Shown piece after piece: positions 1-8,869 of a stretch of DNA of 64,000 bases (positions are counted from its first letter, which is position 1; each line of letters starts with the position of its first letter). The notes below the pieces were generated by a model. It made no database searches and had not been told where the DNA came from. It saw only the letters and a program-made list of their open reading frames with translations. Made by a program: the position numbers and the translations under genes. The stretch comes from an uncultured Candidatus Saccharibacteria bacterium (GTDB lineage: Bacteria; Patescibacteriota; Minisyncoccia; Phycocordibacterales; DSPV01), in the NCBI GenBank assembly GCA_964616075.1, contig CAZTRA010000003.1:26075-90074 (forward strand), written 5' to 3'.

Positions 1-199
1 AAACAGCGATCGTTACGATTTTTGAATCATCGCGAACCGTACCACCCTTTGCGATATCTGAGTAGTTCTTAACCTTTGCGAGACCATCACGAGCTTGCAC
101 CGCAAGAATTGAAGCGGTGAGAGTCGTCTTGCCGTGGTCAACGTGACCAATCGTACCAACGTTGACGTGTGGCTTACTGCGATTGAATGCTTCTGCCAT
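1..199 (-). CDS. tuf: Elongation factor Tu, 5' part (runs off window)
   Basis: Manual translation from ATG at 199: [66 protein letters not shown]; G1 motif GHVDHGKT; downstream of fusA. Not in the ORF track because it is truncated. Confidence 0.97.
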   Translation of the reverse strand, partial: MAEAFNRSKPHVNVGTIGHVDHGKTTLTASILAVQARDGLAKVKNYSDIAKGGTVRDDSKIVTIAV

Positions 200-446
200 G
201 TGTTTATTGTTACTAACCCGAGTCCCCGTGCGATCTTCACGCGCGATAGGGCGAAGATCAGACGGCGACATCGGCGGAATGTCTTGCGTTCTATGCAAGC
301 ACTCCGTCAAATAATATTGCATTGAGGCCCTTTTATACACCGAACAACATCAGTGTACAGAAAAAGAAACACACAAAATGCGTACCGTTCATCATAACAA
401 ACAAAAAAACGAAGTCAATCAAGCATATATAACCCGAAACATATGT

Positions 447-485
447 AATAAAAATCACCAACCTTCCCCGAGAAAGATTGGTGAT
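447..485 (-). terminator. Intrinsic terminator after ORF 502-813
   Basis: Minus strand ATCACCAATCTTTC-TCGG-GGAAGGTTGGTGAT followed by TTTTATT. Confidence 0.75.
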
Positions 486-501
486 CGTGACTACGCTACC
501 A

Positions 502-813
502 TCAGTAGTAATACCGACGAGGAACCACAACAACCGGCGGTGGTAGCACGGCCAGATTAGGATGCGCTTGACCGGTTATGGGTGGAGTCGGAATCGGTGC
601 CGCCGGCAAAGCATAACCCCGCCGCCAAGCCTCCTTCTGTCGCTCACTCCACTCCTGTGCCTCGATCGCAAGGTACCGTTGCGCCGCAAGATTTTCCTCG
701 TGGCGCCGTTGCAACTGTTCCATATAACGACTATGCCGTCGTTCCGGGATACTGCACCCGATAGTACCCACGCACAGTGCGCACAAACAGAGGTATAGGT
801 ATCTCAAAAGCAA
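502..813 (-). CDS. Small hypothetical exported/lipoprotein-like Pro-rich protein between fusA and tuf (TTG start at 813 or 807)
   Basis: Hydrophobic N-terminus ending in Cys (RYLYLCLCALCVGTIGC), charged helix, Pro/Val/Tyr tail; own terminator right after the stop. Confidence 0.6.
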   Translation of the reverse strand: MLLRYLYLCLCALCVGTIGCSIPERRHSRYMEQLQRRHEENLAAQRYLAIEAQEWSERQKEAWRRGYALPAAPIPTPPITGQAHPNLAVLPPPVVVVPRRYYY

Positions 814-842
814 TACCCCTGCGCCGATACAGTGCAGGGGTA
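806..842 (-). terminator. Intrinsic terminator after fusA
   Basis: TACCCCTGC...GCAGGGGTA hairpin followed by TTGCTTTT on minus strand. Confidence 0.65.
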
Positions 843-870
843 TGTACCTATATAACCAATACCAAATCTA

Positions 871-3012
871 TTACTTACGTGACTCAATAATCTCTTTCGC
901 GACGTTTTGCGGCACCACTTCGTAGTGATCAAATTCCATTGATGAGGATCCACGACCTTCCGTCATTGAGCGGAGTGCGGTCGTATATCCAAACATTTCT
1001 GACAAAGGTACCTTTGCATGAATCACTTTATTCATACCGCGCTCATCAACATTTTCTACCGCACCACGCTTACTTGAAAGGTGCCCAGTCACGTCTCCAA
1101 TAAACTTATCAGGCACCACCACCTCAAGCTTCATAATTGGCTCAAGAATAACAGGCTTTGCCGCTCGAGCAGCCTCCTGAAACGCTTGTGAGGCAGCAAT
1201 CTTATAAGCAATTTCAGACGAGTCCACATCGTGGTACGAACCATAAGTCAATTCACAAGAAATATTGACAACAGGGAATCCTGCCAAAATACCCCGACCC
1301 ATAGCCTCACGCACACCCTTCTCAACGGCTGGAATAAATTCTTGCGGAATGACACCCCCCTTGATTGAATCAACAAACTCAAAATCATCATAGCGCTTCA
1401 CGTTTTTCGGTATTTTCTCTGGAGGAGTCATGCTCATCTGCTTGATATTGAGCTTAACGTGACCGTACTGACCCTTACCACCCGTCTGCTTGATATACTT
1501 ATGCTCAGCTTCAGCGGTGCCTAAAATTGTTTCGCGGTACGCAACTTGCGGCGCACCAACGTTCGCCTCAACACCGAACTCACGCTTCATACGATCAACC
1601 ATGATTTCAAGGTGTAGCTCACCCATACCCGCAATAATTGTCTCGCCCGTCTCCTGATTTGAGGAGATGCGGAACGTCGGGTCTTCATCAGAAAGGCGCT
1701 TCATGGCCATACCCATCTTCTCTTGATCAGCCTTTGTCTTCGGCTCAATCTTCATCGAGATAACAGGCTCCATGAACTTGATAGGATCGAGAATGATTGG
1801 ATTCTCTTCATCACAGAACGTATGAGATGTTTTTGCATCCTTCAGACCAACCGCTGCCGCAATCTCACCCGCAAACACTTTTTTCACCTCTTCTCGTTTA
1901 TCAGCTTGCAAACGCACAATACGAGAAAGGCGCTCTTTCTTGCCCGTTGTAGCGTTGTAAATATATGAACCTGCCTCAATAGAACCAGAGTACACACGGA
2001 AGAAGGTCAACTGTCCTACATACGGATCAGACTGGAGCTTAAACGCCAGTGCCGCAAACGGTTCTTCATCAGAAGCATTGCGATACATTGGCTCATTGTT
2101 TGCCGGATTAATACCGTGAACTGGGGGAATATCAAGCGGGGATGGCAAGTAGTCAACCACGGCGTCCAACACCAATTGCACACCCTTATTCTTCAGGGCA
2201 GAACCGGTAAAGACTGGGAACAGTTTCGCCTCGATAACCGCCTTGCGAATAACCTTTTTCGCCTCATCAACGGAAATTTCTTTTCCATCAAGATACTTCT
2301 GCATCAAAGTGTCATCAAATTCAGCAATCTTTTCGATCAATGCCGCGTGGTATTTCTTTGCCTCCTCAAGGTATGCCTCTGGAATTTCCTTTTCAACCAC
2401 CACAATACCCTTCTCGCCCTCTTGGTAATATGCCTTCATCTTCAAAAGATCAATGACTCCTTCGAAGTTTTCCTCCAAACCAATAGGAATCTGCATACGA
2501 ACCGCATTTTTGTTGAGTCGATCAAGAATTGAAGCATAGGAACGCTCAAATGAGGCGCCCATGCGATCGAGCTTGTTAATGAAGCAGAGACGTGGCACGT
2601 TTCCTTCGTCGGCATAGCGCCAGTTGGTCTCTGATTGAGGTTCCACACCCGCTACACCATCAAACACCACCACGGCTCCGTCGAGCACACGTAGCGATCG
2701 TTTCACCTCAGCGGTAAAGTCGATGTGGCCTGGCGTATCAATAATGTTAAAACGTACCTTCTTGCTAGTATCCTCCTTGGGCATATAGGTTGGATTCCAG
2801 AAGCAGGTAATAGCAGCAGCTGTGATCGTGATACCACGCTCACGCTCCTGTTCCATCCAGTCAGTGACGGTGGCACCCTCATGCACTTCGCCGATCTTAT
2901 GGATCATGCCGGTGTAATACAAAATACGCTCAGACGTAGTTGTTTTTCCTGCGTCAATGTGAGCAATGATACCGAAGTTACGAACTTTCTCTAATGGATA
3001 ATCGCGATTCAT
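871..3012 (-). CDS. fusA: Elongation factor G
   Basis: AHIDAGKTT, ERGITI, DTPGH, NKLD motifs; 713 aa; follows rpsG. Confidence 0.99.
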   Translation of the reverse strand: MNRDYPLEKVRNFGIIAHIDAGKTTTSERILYYTGMIHKIGEVHEGATVTDWMEQERERGITITAAAITCFWNPTYMPKEDTSKKVRFNIIDTPGHIDFTAEVKRSLRVLDGAVVVFDGVAGVEPQSETNWRYADEGNVPRLCFINKLDRMGASFERSYASILDRLNKNAVRMQIPIGLEENFEGVIDLLKMKAYYQEGEKGIVVVEKEIPEAYLEEAKKYHAALIEKIAEFDDTLMQKYLDGKEISVDEAKKVIRKAVIEAKLFPVFTGSALKNKGVQLVLDAVVDYLPSPLDIPPVHGINPANNEPMYRNASDEEPFAALAFKLQSDPYVGQLTFFRVYSGSIEAGSYIYNATTGKKERLSRIVRLQADKREEVKKVFAGEIAAAVGLKDAKTSHTFCDEENPIILDPIKFMEPVISMKIEPKTKADQEKMGMAMKRLSDEDPTFRISSNQETGETIIAGMGELHLEIMVDRMKREFGVEANVGAPQVAYRETILGTAEAEHKYIKQTGGKGQYGHVKLNIKQMSMTPPEKIPKNVKRYDDFEFVDSIKGGVIPQEFIPAVEKGVREAMGRGILAGFPVVNISCELTYGSYHDVDSSEIAYKIAASQAFQEAARAAKPVILEPIMKLEVVVPDKFIGDVTGHLSSKRGAVENVDERGMNKVIHAKVPLSEMFGYTTALRSMTEGRGSSSMEFDHYEVVPQNVAKEIIESRK

Positions 3013-3065
3013 AGTAGAGGGCGCACGGCGAAATAAGAATAAAAAAGCGCCGAAGCGTTCTCGCT

Positions 3066-3094
3066 AGCGTACAGTAAAAATAACTAAAAAGCAA
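3066..3094 (-). promoter_or_regulatory. Putative sigma70 promoter for fusA
   Basis: TTGCTT-17 nt-TACGCT on minus strand about 55 nt upstream of the ATG. Confidence 0.5.
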
Positions 3095-3250
3095 AAATTC
3101 TTCAAAAGACTTCATCAAAAGGCACACCCTTAAAGAATCTATACCCCAAGTAACGAACAAAACATATATTTATTGGCTAACACCCACAATTTCAAGGAAA
3201 AAAGCTCCCCTTCGAAACTCTTCCTAAGAAAGATAATCCAAAATCATTAC

Positions 3251-3280
3251 AATAAAATGCCACGGTGGTGGCATTTTATT
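3251..3280 (-). terminator. Hairpin/terminator after rpsG
   Basis: AATAAAATGCCAC-GGTG-GTGGCATTTTATT perfect inverted repeat. Confidence 0.75.
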
Positions 3281-3308
3281 GTTTTCTAAAAATCAAATAC
3301 GGACAAAT

Positions 3309-3779
3309 TTACCACGCAAAGTGTGCAAACGCCTTGTTTGCTTCGGCCATCTTGTGTACATTTTCACGCTTCTTGACCGCCTCGCCCTCATTCTTGGCTG
3401 CAGCCATAAATTCAACTGCGAGTTTCTTATTAATTGGTTGACCTTTTTTACCTCGTGCCGCTTCAATTAACCAGCGCATTGAGAGTGCCATACGGCGCTC
3501 AGGGCGAACCTCAACAGGAATCTGGTAGTTTGCACCGCCAACACGACGAGAGCGCACTTCGACATTGGGTGCTGTATTCTGAAGAGCTGTTTCAAAAATC
3601 TCAATAGGATTATCAGTTTTTGCTTCTTTCTTTATAATTTCAAATGCACCATAAACCGCCTTGCGAGCAGCAGTTTTTTTACCACCTTCCATAAGGTAAT
3701 TAACCAACTTTTCGACCTTAACCGACTGATACACCGGATCAGGACCAACAATATTACGATTTTTTACGGGGCGACGCAT
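3309..3779 (-). CDS. rpsG: 30S ribosomal protein S7
   Basis: EVRSRRVGGANYQIP and HKMAEANKAFAHF motifs. Confidence 0.99.
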   Translation of the reverse strand: MRRPVKNRNIVGPDPVYQSVKVEKLVNYLMEGGKKTAARKAVYGAFEIIKKEAKTDNPIEIFETALQNTAPNVEVRSRRVGGANYQIPVEVRPERRMALSMRWLIEAARGKKGQPINKKLAVEFMAAAKNEGEAVKKRENVHKMAEANKAFAHFAW

Positions 3780-3791
3780 GTGTTATATGTA

Positions 3792-4211
3792 TTATGCAGC
3801 CGGAGCTTTAGGCCTCTTGGCACCATACTGGCTACGACCTTTGCGACGATTCTCAACACCGGTAGCATCAAGACGTCCACGAACAACAGAGTAACGAAGA
3901 CCAACATCCCTCACTTTTCCACCACGAACCATAACCACTGAATGTTCTTGAAGTGCATGACCCATACCCGGAATATATGCGGTCACTTCCATACCATTTG
4001 AAAGACGAACACGAGCAATTTTTCTGATTGCGGAGTTTGGCTTCTTTGGTGTTTTGGTTGTTACTTTAGTACAAACACCTCGCTTAAAAGGTGAGGCGAA
4101 GTTAACCGGTCGATTTTTAATCACGTTAAACGAACGTCGCAAAGCGACTGAAGTTGGTTTCCTTTTGGAACTCTTGCGAGCTCGTTTGACTAACTGGTTT
4201 AATGTTGCCAT
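3792..4211 (-). CDS. rpsL: 30S ribosomal protein S12
   Basis: [38 protein letters not shown]. Confidence 0.99.
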   Translation of the reverse strand: MATLNQLVKRARKSSKRKPTSVALRRSFNVIKNRPVNFASPFKRGVCTKVTTKTPKKPNSAIRKIARVRLSNGMEVTAYIPGMGHALQEHSVVMVRGGKVRDVGLRYSVVRGRLDATGVENRRKGRSQYGAKRPKAPAA

Positions 4212-4296
4212 TGCGTAAAAAACGAAGTGCCCCCTACTCTAATATGAGCCCAACTAAATTGCAAGTGCTCAGTCGCCACTACACTCTCGTCACCTG

Positions 4297-4923
4297 CTAG
4301 AAGAACGACACGCCCGTTAACAGTTTGAAGAGCGCCCCCACAATGGGAATTAGTACATCAGCAAAGAAAAAAGCAAAAATAATAACAAGAAAGAATCCAT
4401 ACTGTTCAAGTACTGAACGGATAAATTGGTATTGGTACGGCAAGATCGAAAAAAGAAGCTTGGAGCCATCAAGTGGGGGAATGGGGACAAGATTAAAAAC
4501 CGCCAAAAAAAGATTAATAAGAACAATACCAAACATCATATTGGAAGCCGCTACTCCTACCATCTCTCCAAAAAAACGGATAATCAGAGAGAATACAAGT
4601 GCAATAAACAAATTAGCCGCTGGACCAGCCGCAGCCACAATAGCCTCACCCCATTTTCCTCTTAAATTATAAGGATTAAACGGTACCGGCTTTGCCCATG
4701 CAAACACAAACCCAGCATTTGAAAGCACCAAAAGCAACGGGAGCAATATGGAGCCGATCGGGTCCAAATGCGGCAACGGATTAACAGTAAGTCGATTGGC
4801 ATATCGTGGTGTTGGGTCACCCAAAAAGACCGCGGCATAGCCATGAGACACTTCATGAAGCACAACCGAAACCAAAAGAATAGCGATGTTAAAAAAAATA
4901 TCCATGTGTTGCAATTTGTACAC
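4297..4923 (-). CDS. Site-2 protease (peptidase M50); likely start 4905
   Basis: HEVSH zinc motif, AGPAAN, FNLVPIPPLDGS, multiple TM segments. Confidence 0.95.
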   Translation of the reverse strand: MYKLQHMDIFFNIAILLVSVVLHEVSHGYAAVFLGDPTPRYANRLTVNPLPHLDPIGSILLPLLLVLSNAGFVFAWAKPVPFNPYNLRGKWGEAIVAAAGPAANLFIALVFSLIIRFFGEMVGVAASNMMFGIVLINLFLAVFNLVPIPPLDGSKLLFSILPYQYQFIRSVLEQYGFFLVIIFAFFFADVLIPIVGALFKLLTGVSFF

Positions 4924-4956
4924 CTTATGCTACCATAGCGCCTACGTTTCAAATAT

Positions 4957-5199
4957 ATGGCTTACGAATGTCCTGTAACCAAACGCACCTCTCTTATGGG
5001 AGGATCATACAGCAACAGAACCCGCGCAACACAGTTCAATCCCTGTGGTAATCGCCGTCGCCAACTGAACCTCCAAACAAAACGAGTGTATATTCCTGAA
5101 CTTAAGAAAAAAGTTATCGCAACACTCTCAACAAGAGGATGGAAGACTGTCGCAAAGAAAGGCGCTTACGCAACCTTCAAAAAAGCAGGTCTCATTTAA
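4957..5199 (+). CDS. rpmB: 50S ribosomal protein L28
   Basis: 80-aa basic protein; MAYECPVTKR...G.SYSN...RRRQLNLQTKR...LSTRGWKT pattern. Confidence 0.9.
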   Translation: MAYECPVTKRTSLMGGSYSNRTRATQFNPCGNRRRQLNLQTKRVYIPELKKKVIATLSTRGWKTVAKKGAYATFKKAGLI

Positions 5200-5225
5200 C
5201 CCATTGAGACTGTATACTCACAAAC

Positions 5226-5254
5226 ACTCCACCTTCTTGTGTGGAGTTTTTTGT
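5226..5254 (+). terminator. Terminator after rpmB
   Basis: ACTCCAC...GTGGAGT followed by TTTTT. Confidence 0.7.
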
Positions 5255-5326
5255 TCCGAATTACACAACTGTTTAAATATCTTGTCAAAACATACCAACA
5301 AGAAACAGCCTCATGAGAGACTAGTC

Positions 5327-6229
5327 TTATTTTTTATCAATCTCAAGGTGTAATGGCGTCGTAGTACATACACCCGTGGTTGTCCACATACGTCCATCTG
5401 AATAAAAAGAAATATGTCCCAAGTCAGCAGTATTCAATACACACGCCCCGACTCTCTGCACCCGCTTCATAACGGTTGGTTTTGGGTGACCATACTGATT
5501 ACCCTTACCGGCAGACACGACCGCGTATCGAGGTGAAGTTACCTGTAAAAACACTTCGGCACTTGAAGTTTCAGAACCGTGATGGCCAAGCTTCAATAAG
5601 TCAACATCGAGACGAGCACCATCTTTTGTCACTAAATACTCCTCGACTGTGTCGGGTGAATCGCCACTAAAAAGAGCACTTGTGGAACCAAAACGAAGTA
5701 CACCAACAATAGAAGCGGTATTACTTTCCCACCCGCGCGGATTACGATCAGGAAAAAGCACCTGAAATGTAACACCGCCACCTAAATCAATCCTTGTTCC
5801 TCGTATACCATATACGATAGGTACCCCCTCCTTTACTACTGCACGTTCAAATGCCTCAGCAACACCAGTTGTTGATACGTTTCCTGAAACAACAATTGAT
5901 CCAATTGAAAATCGAGAAAGCACTTCCGATAATCCTCCAATATGATCGGCATCTGGGTGTGTCGCTACTACAACATCAATATGACGGTCGGCCGCTGACA
6001 TAACAGACGCTAATCCAGCCAACACCTTCCCGTCCTCCCGACCACCGTCAATCAACATGTCGCGTCCACTCGGTGACCGAATATACAGTGCATCACCTTG
6101 CCCCACGTCAAGAAATGCAACAAAAAGCTCATTTGTTTTCCCATCAGCAAACGTAATATACCCACTCACCAACGAGATAAGAAAAAGAACTACAAGCACC
6201 ATGAATCGCGCGGAAGAACGATCGTTCAT
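5327..6229 (-). CDS. ComEC-like metallo-beta-lactamase-fold domain protein (standalone)
   Basis: FLDVGQGDA, THPDADHIGG, LKLGHHGS, NQYGHP motifs; N-terminal TM anchor. Confidence 0.93.
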   Translation of the reverse strand: MNDRSSARFMVLVVLFLISLVSGYITFADGKTNELFVAFLDVGQGDALYIRSPSGRDMLIDGGREDGKVLAGLASVMSAADRHIDVVVATHPDADHIGGLSEVLSRFSIGSIVVSGNVSTTGVAEAFERAVVKEGVPIVYGIRGTRIDLGGGVTFQVLFPDRNPRGWESNTASIVGVLRFGSTSALFSGDSPDTVEEYLVTKDGARLDVDLLKLGHHGSETSSAEVFLQVTSPRYAVVSAGKGNQYGHPKPTVMKRVQRVGACVLNTADLGHISFYSDGRMWTTTGVCTTTPLHLEIDKK

Positions 6230-6293
6230 ATGAAAAGTATACGCCCAAAATTACTGCATGCTATACTCACCACAATACGTATAACTAATTATT

Positions 6294-6893
6294 ATGAAGA
6301 CATTTGAAGCAAAAAAATTTAATATCCAGAAACTCATCGGTATTTCTGAAAAAACAATTGAGGAACACGTGAAGCTTTATGAAGGCTACGTAAAACACGC
6401 AAATCTTATTCGTGAACACATTGAAGAGTTAGCAAGAGAATCAGAAAAATTTGCATACGAATTAGCTGAGTTGCAACGACGTTTTGGATTTGAATTTGGT
6501 GGCATTAAAAACCACGAATGTTACTTTACAGCCCTCGAAAATGGGCCAACAATACTTTCACCAAAGAGTAGCCTCAGCGAAATACTTACCCGAGAATGGG
6601 GTTCAGTAGAACACTTCACAAATCGCTTCAAAGCAATTGCACTCACCCGAGGTATTGGGTGGGCAAAGCTCGTATATGATCCTCAGGAAAAAACTCTACT
6701 CACCGTATGGATCGACGAACAACACCTCGGCCAATTGCCTGATACTACAACCATTCTAGCGCTTGATATGTGGGAACACTCATTTGTTGCTGACTATCAA
6801 CCTAGCGGTAAAAAACAATACGTCGAAGATTTTTTCAAAAATCTAAACTGGTCAGTTATTGAAAAAAACTACGAGATAGCTGCCCGCACATAA
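6294..6893 (+). CDS. Fe/Mn superoxide dismutase family protein
   Basis: H..LYEGYV, NHECYF, GIGWA, LDMWEHSF metal-ligand motifs. Confidence 0.92.
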   Translation: MKTFEAKKFNIQKLIGISEKTIEEHVKLYEGYVKHANLIREHIEELARESEKFAYELAELQRRFGFEFGGIKNHECYFTALENGPTILSPKSSLSEILTREWGSVEHFTNRFKAIALTRGIGWAKLVYDPQEKTLLTVWIDEQHLGQLPDTTTILALDMWEHSFVADYQPSGKKQYVEDFFKNLNWSVIEKNYEIAART

Positions 6894-6894
6894 A

Positions 6895-8448
6895 TTACAA
6901 AGAGGAACCAGATGTCATTTCCTCATGGGCATGATCACGTACGATACCATACATATACATAATCCCTGACCCCAAAAAAATATATGCGCCAACCATCCAT
7001 ACCGATGAAAACGGTGACACAGTAAAAAAGGACCACTCACCACCACACCATTGTGCAACACGTATTACCCACATAAGGAGTACGTGTGTTATGAGTCCAC
7101 TTAAAAGGGCAACCTGAGGCGCAACTAATGCCACGCCTGCCGTGACTGTTCCCAGGAGCATCGTGACAGGTATCAACGGGAGTGCCAACACATTCGCGGG
7201 TAACGAAAGCAGTGATACGCTCCCCGAGGTATACAAGAGGAGTGGTAACACTAATATATTAGTAGCGATCGTTGACGCGACGATATTTCGCAATGCGAAC
7301 CGTTGCGAAACCCATGATACATATCTTTCAATAATTGGTGATACATAAATAACAGCAATCGTTGCGATAAATGAAAGCTGAAATGATCGATCGAACAATA
7401 ATACATATGGATTAAGCGTGATCATAATTAATCCAGCAAGCATGAGTGCCCGAGATACGTGATACCGACGGCGCACCACCTGCGCTAAGATAACAAGAAG
7501 TGCCATCAACGCCGCCCGAACCGCGGTTGCCGACGCTCCTGCCATGGTAGCGTAAGCAACAATGGAGAACGCTCCAAAAAAGAGACTGATTGATCGGGGT
7601 AGCCGTGAAGCAGCGCGGATGATCCAATCAGCAACAACTGATAAATTGTACCCTGATAACACAACGATATGAATCAATCCGGCTCGACGAAAAAAATCCT
7701 CAAGGTCTGCCGGTAGTCCACGCTGCGAACCAAACAAAATACCAAATAGTAGCTCAACCGAGGGAGACGGAATAACAAGGGCGAGAGCGCTCATTAACCG
7801 TTCCTTACATGCAAATAGTAAAGATACCATCGGATTACCATCCCCAGAAAAAACCAAAGAAACATGTGGTCGCTCAATTATATGCATGACACCAAAACGT
7901 CTCAGGTATGATGCGTAATCAAATACCCGTCCCGCATCTGTTTCAAATGACGTGGGTGACGTCACTATGCCACTTACTGAAATACGATCACCGTATGACC
8001 ATTTCGGATATGTCGGAACTCGCACAAGTACCGTTCCATCCACAAACGTTCCTGTACCTTCAATACCTGCCACGATATCTGACACAAAAAGCATCGTGTG
8101 ACTTAATCGCTCGTCAGGCTCACGGATAATGGTTCCGACAAATCCAATGCGGGCACCCTCATGTGACACCAGCCACGGATCCATGGGTATCGCGCGCGCA
8201 TACATCCACACCATACCAAAGCAAGTCGTAAGTACGCCTGCCGCCGTAACCATAGAAAAACGCCCACCTGGCCATTCAAAAAAACGAAACAAAAAACACA
8301 CACACGCGCTCACACAGGCCCCTACACCAATATAAAACAAAGGTATGGTAATAAAAGAGGCAATAGCAATACCACCAATGAAACCACTCGATGCTGTATA
8401 AAACAACCGATCACACATGACACTAATCATACTCCTGTCATACATCAC
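6895..8448 (-). CDS. comEC: ComEC/Rec2 competence channel (OB-like + Competence domains)
   Basis: AGLIHIVVLSGYN, A.A.RA.LM, SFQLSF motifs; polytopic membrane protein. Confidence 0.93.
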   Translation of the reverse strand: MMYDRSMISVMCDRLFYTASSGFIGGIAIASFITIPLFYIGVGACVSACVCFLFRFFEWPGGRFSMVTAAGVLTTCFGMVWMYARAIPMDPWLVSHEGARIGFVGTIIREPDERLSHTMLFVSDIVAGIEGTGTFVDGTVLVRVPTYPKWSYGDRISVSGIVTSPTSFETDAGRVFDYASYLRRFGVMHIIERPHVSLVFSGDGNPMVSLLFACKERLMSALALVIPSPSVELLFGILFGSQRGLPADLEDFFRRAGLIHIVVLSGYNLSVVADWIIRAASRLPRSISLFFGAFSIVAYATMAGASATAVRAALMALLVILAQVVRRRYHVSRALMLAGLIMITLNPYVLLFDRSFQLSFIATIAVIYVSPIIERYVSWVSQRFALRNIVASTIATNILVLPLLLYTSGSVSLLSLPANVLALPLIPVTMLLGTVTAGVALVAPQVALLSGLITHVLLMWVIRVAQWCGGEWSFFTVSPFSSVWMVGAYIFLGSGIMYMYGIVRDHAHEEMTSGSSL

Positions 8449-8472
8449 ACATGAACACTCGCAGAAATTTCC

Positions 8473-8523
8473 TTGTACAGAAAGAAAACACTTGCTACAC
8501 TCGCCACAGATGCTCTATGAAAA
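8473..8523 (+). promoter_or_regulatory. Putative sigma70 promoter plus boxA-like element
   Basis: TTGTAC-17 nt-TACACT (extended TG) then TGCTCTATGAAAA at 8511-8523. Confidence 0.5.
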
Positions 8524-8534
8524 AAGAAAAAAAC

Positions 8535-8837
8535 ATGCATATCCCTACTGTGGGAATGGTTTTGGTTCTTATCATCGCTGGTGCAGCAACCGAACAGATT
8601 ATTAGTTGGTATACTGCGCTAGCCATCGGATACGTTATAGGCAACCTAACCTGGGTGTGTACATTTCTATTCGACATCTATTGGTGTACGTATGTTGGCC
8701 ATCAGTCTACGCCAACGAGATGGTACTATCTCACACAAATAGGACTCTCATGCTTTTTCTTGTGGCCTCTTGGCCTTATGTTAGAAGCAACACTCTATAT
8801 TCACCCCACACTACACAAAAAAGCCTATAGAAACTAG
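8535..8837 (+). CDS. Small hypothetical membrane protein (ORF track start 8451)
   Basis: Three hydrophobic segments; promoter upstream and hairpin downstream support the ATG at 8535. Confidence 0.65.
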   Translation: MHIPTVGMVLVLIIAGAATEQIISWYTALAIGYVIGNLTWVCTFLFDIYWCTYVGHQSTPTRWYYLTQIGLSCFFLWPLGLMLEATLYIHPTLHKKAYRN

Positions 8838-8843
8838 TGACAC

Positions 8844-8869
8844 ACGCCCCCCGCAACCACTGGGGGCGT
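8844..8869. terminator. Hairpin between convergent genes
   Basis: ACGCCCCC...GGGGGCGT. Confidence 0.6.

Noticed and set aside
13-325. ORF-track entries 13..240(-) and 134..325(+)
   Set aside because: Off-frame or antisense shadows of the tuf 5' end
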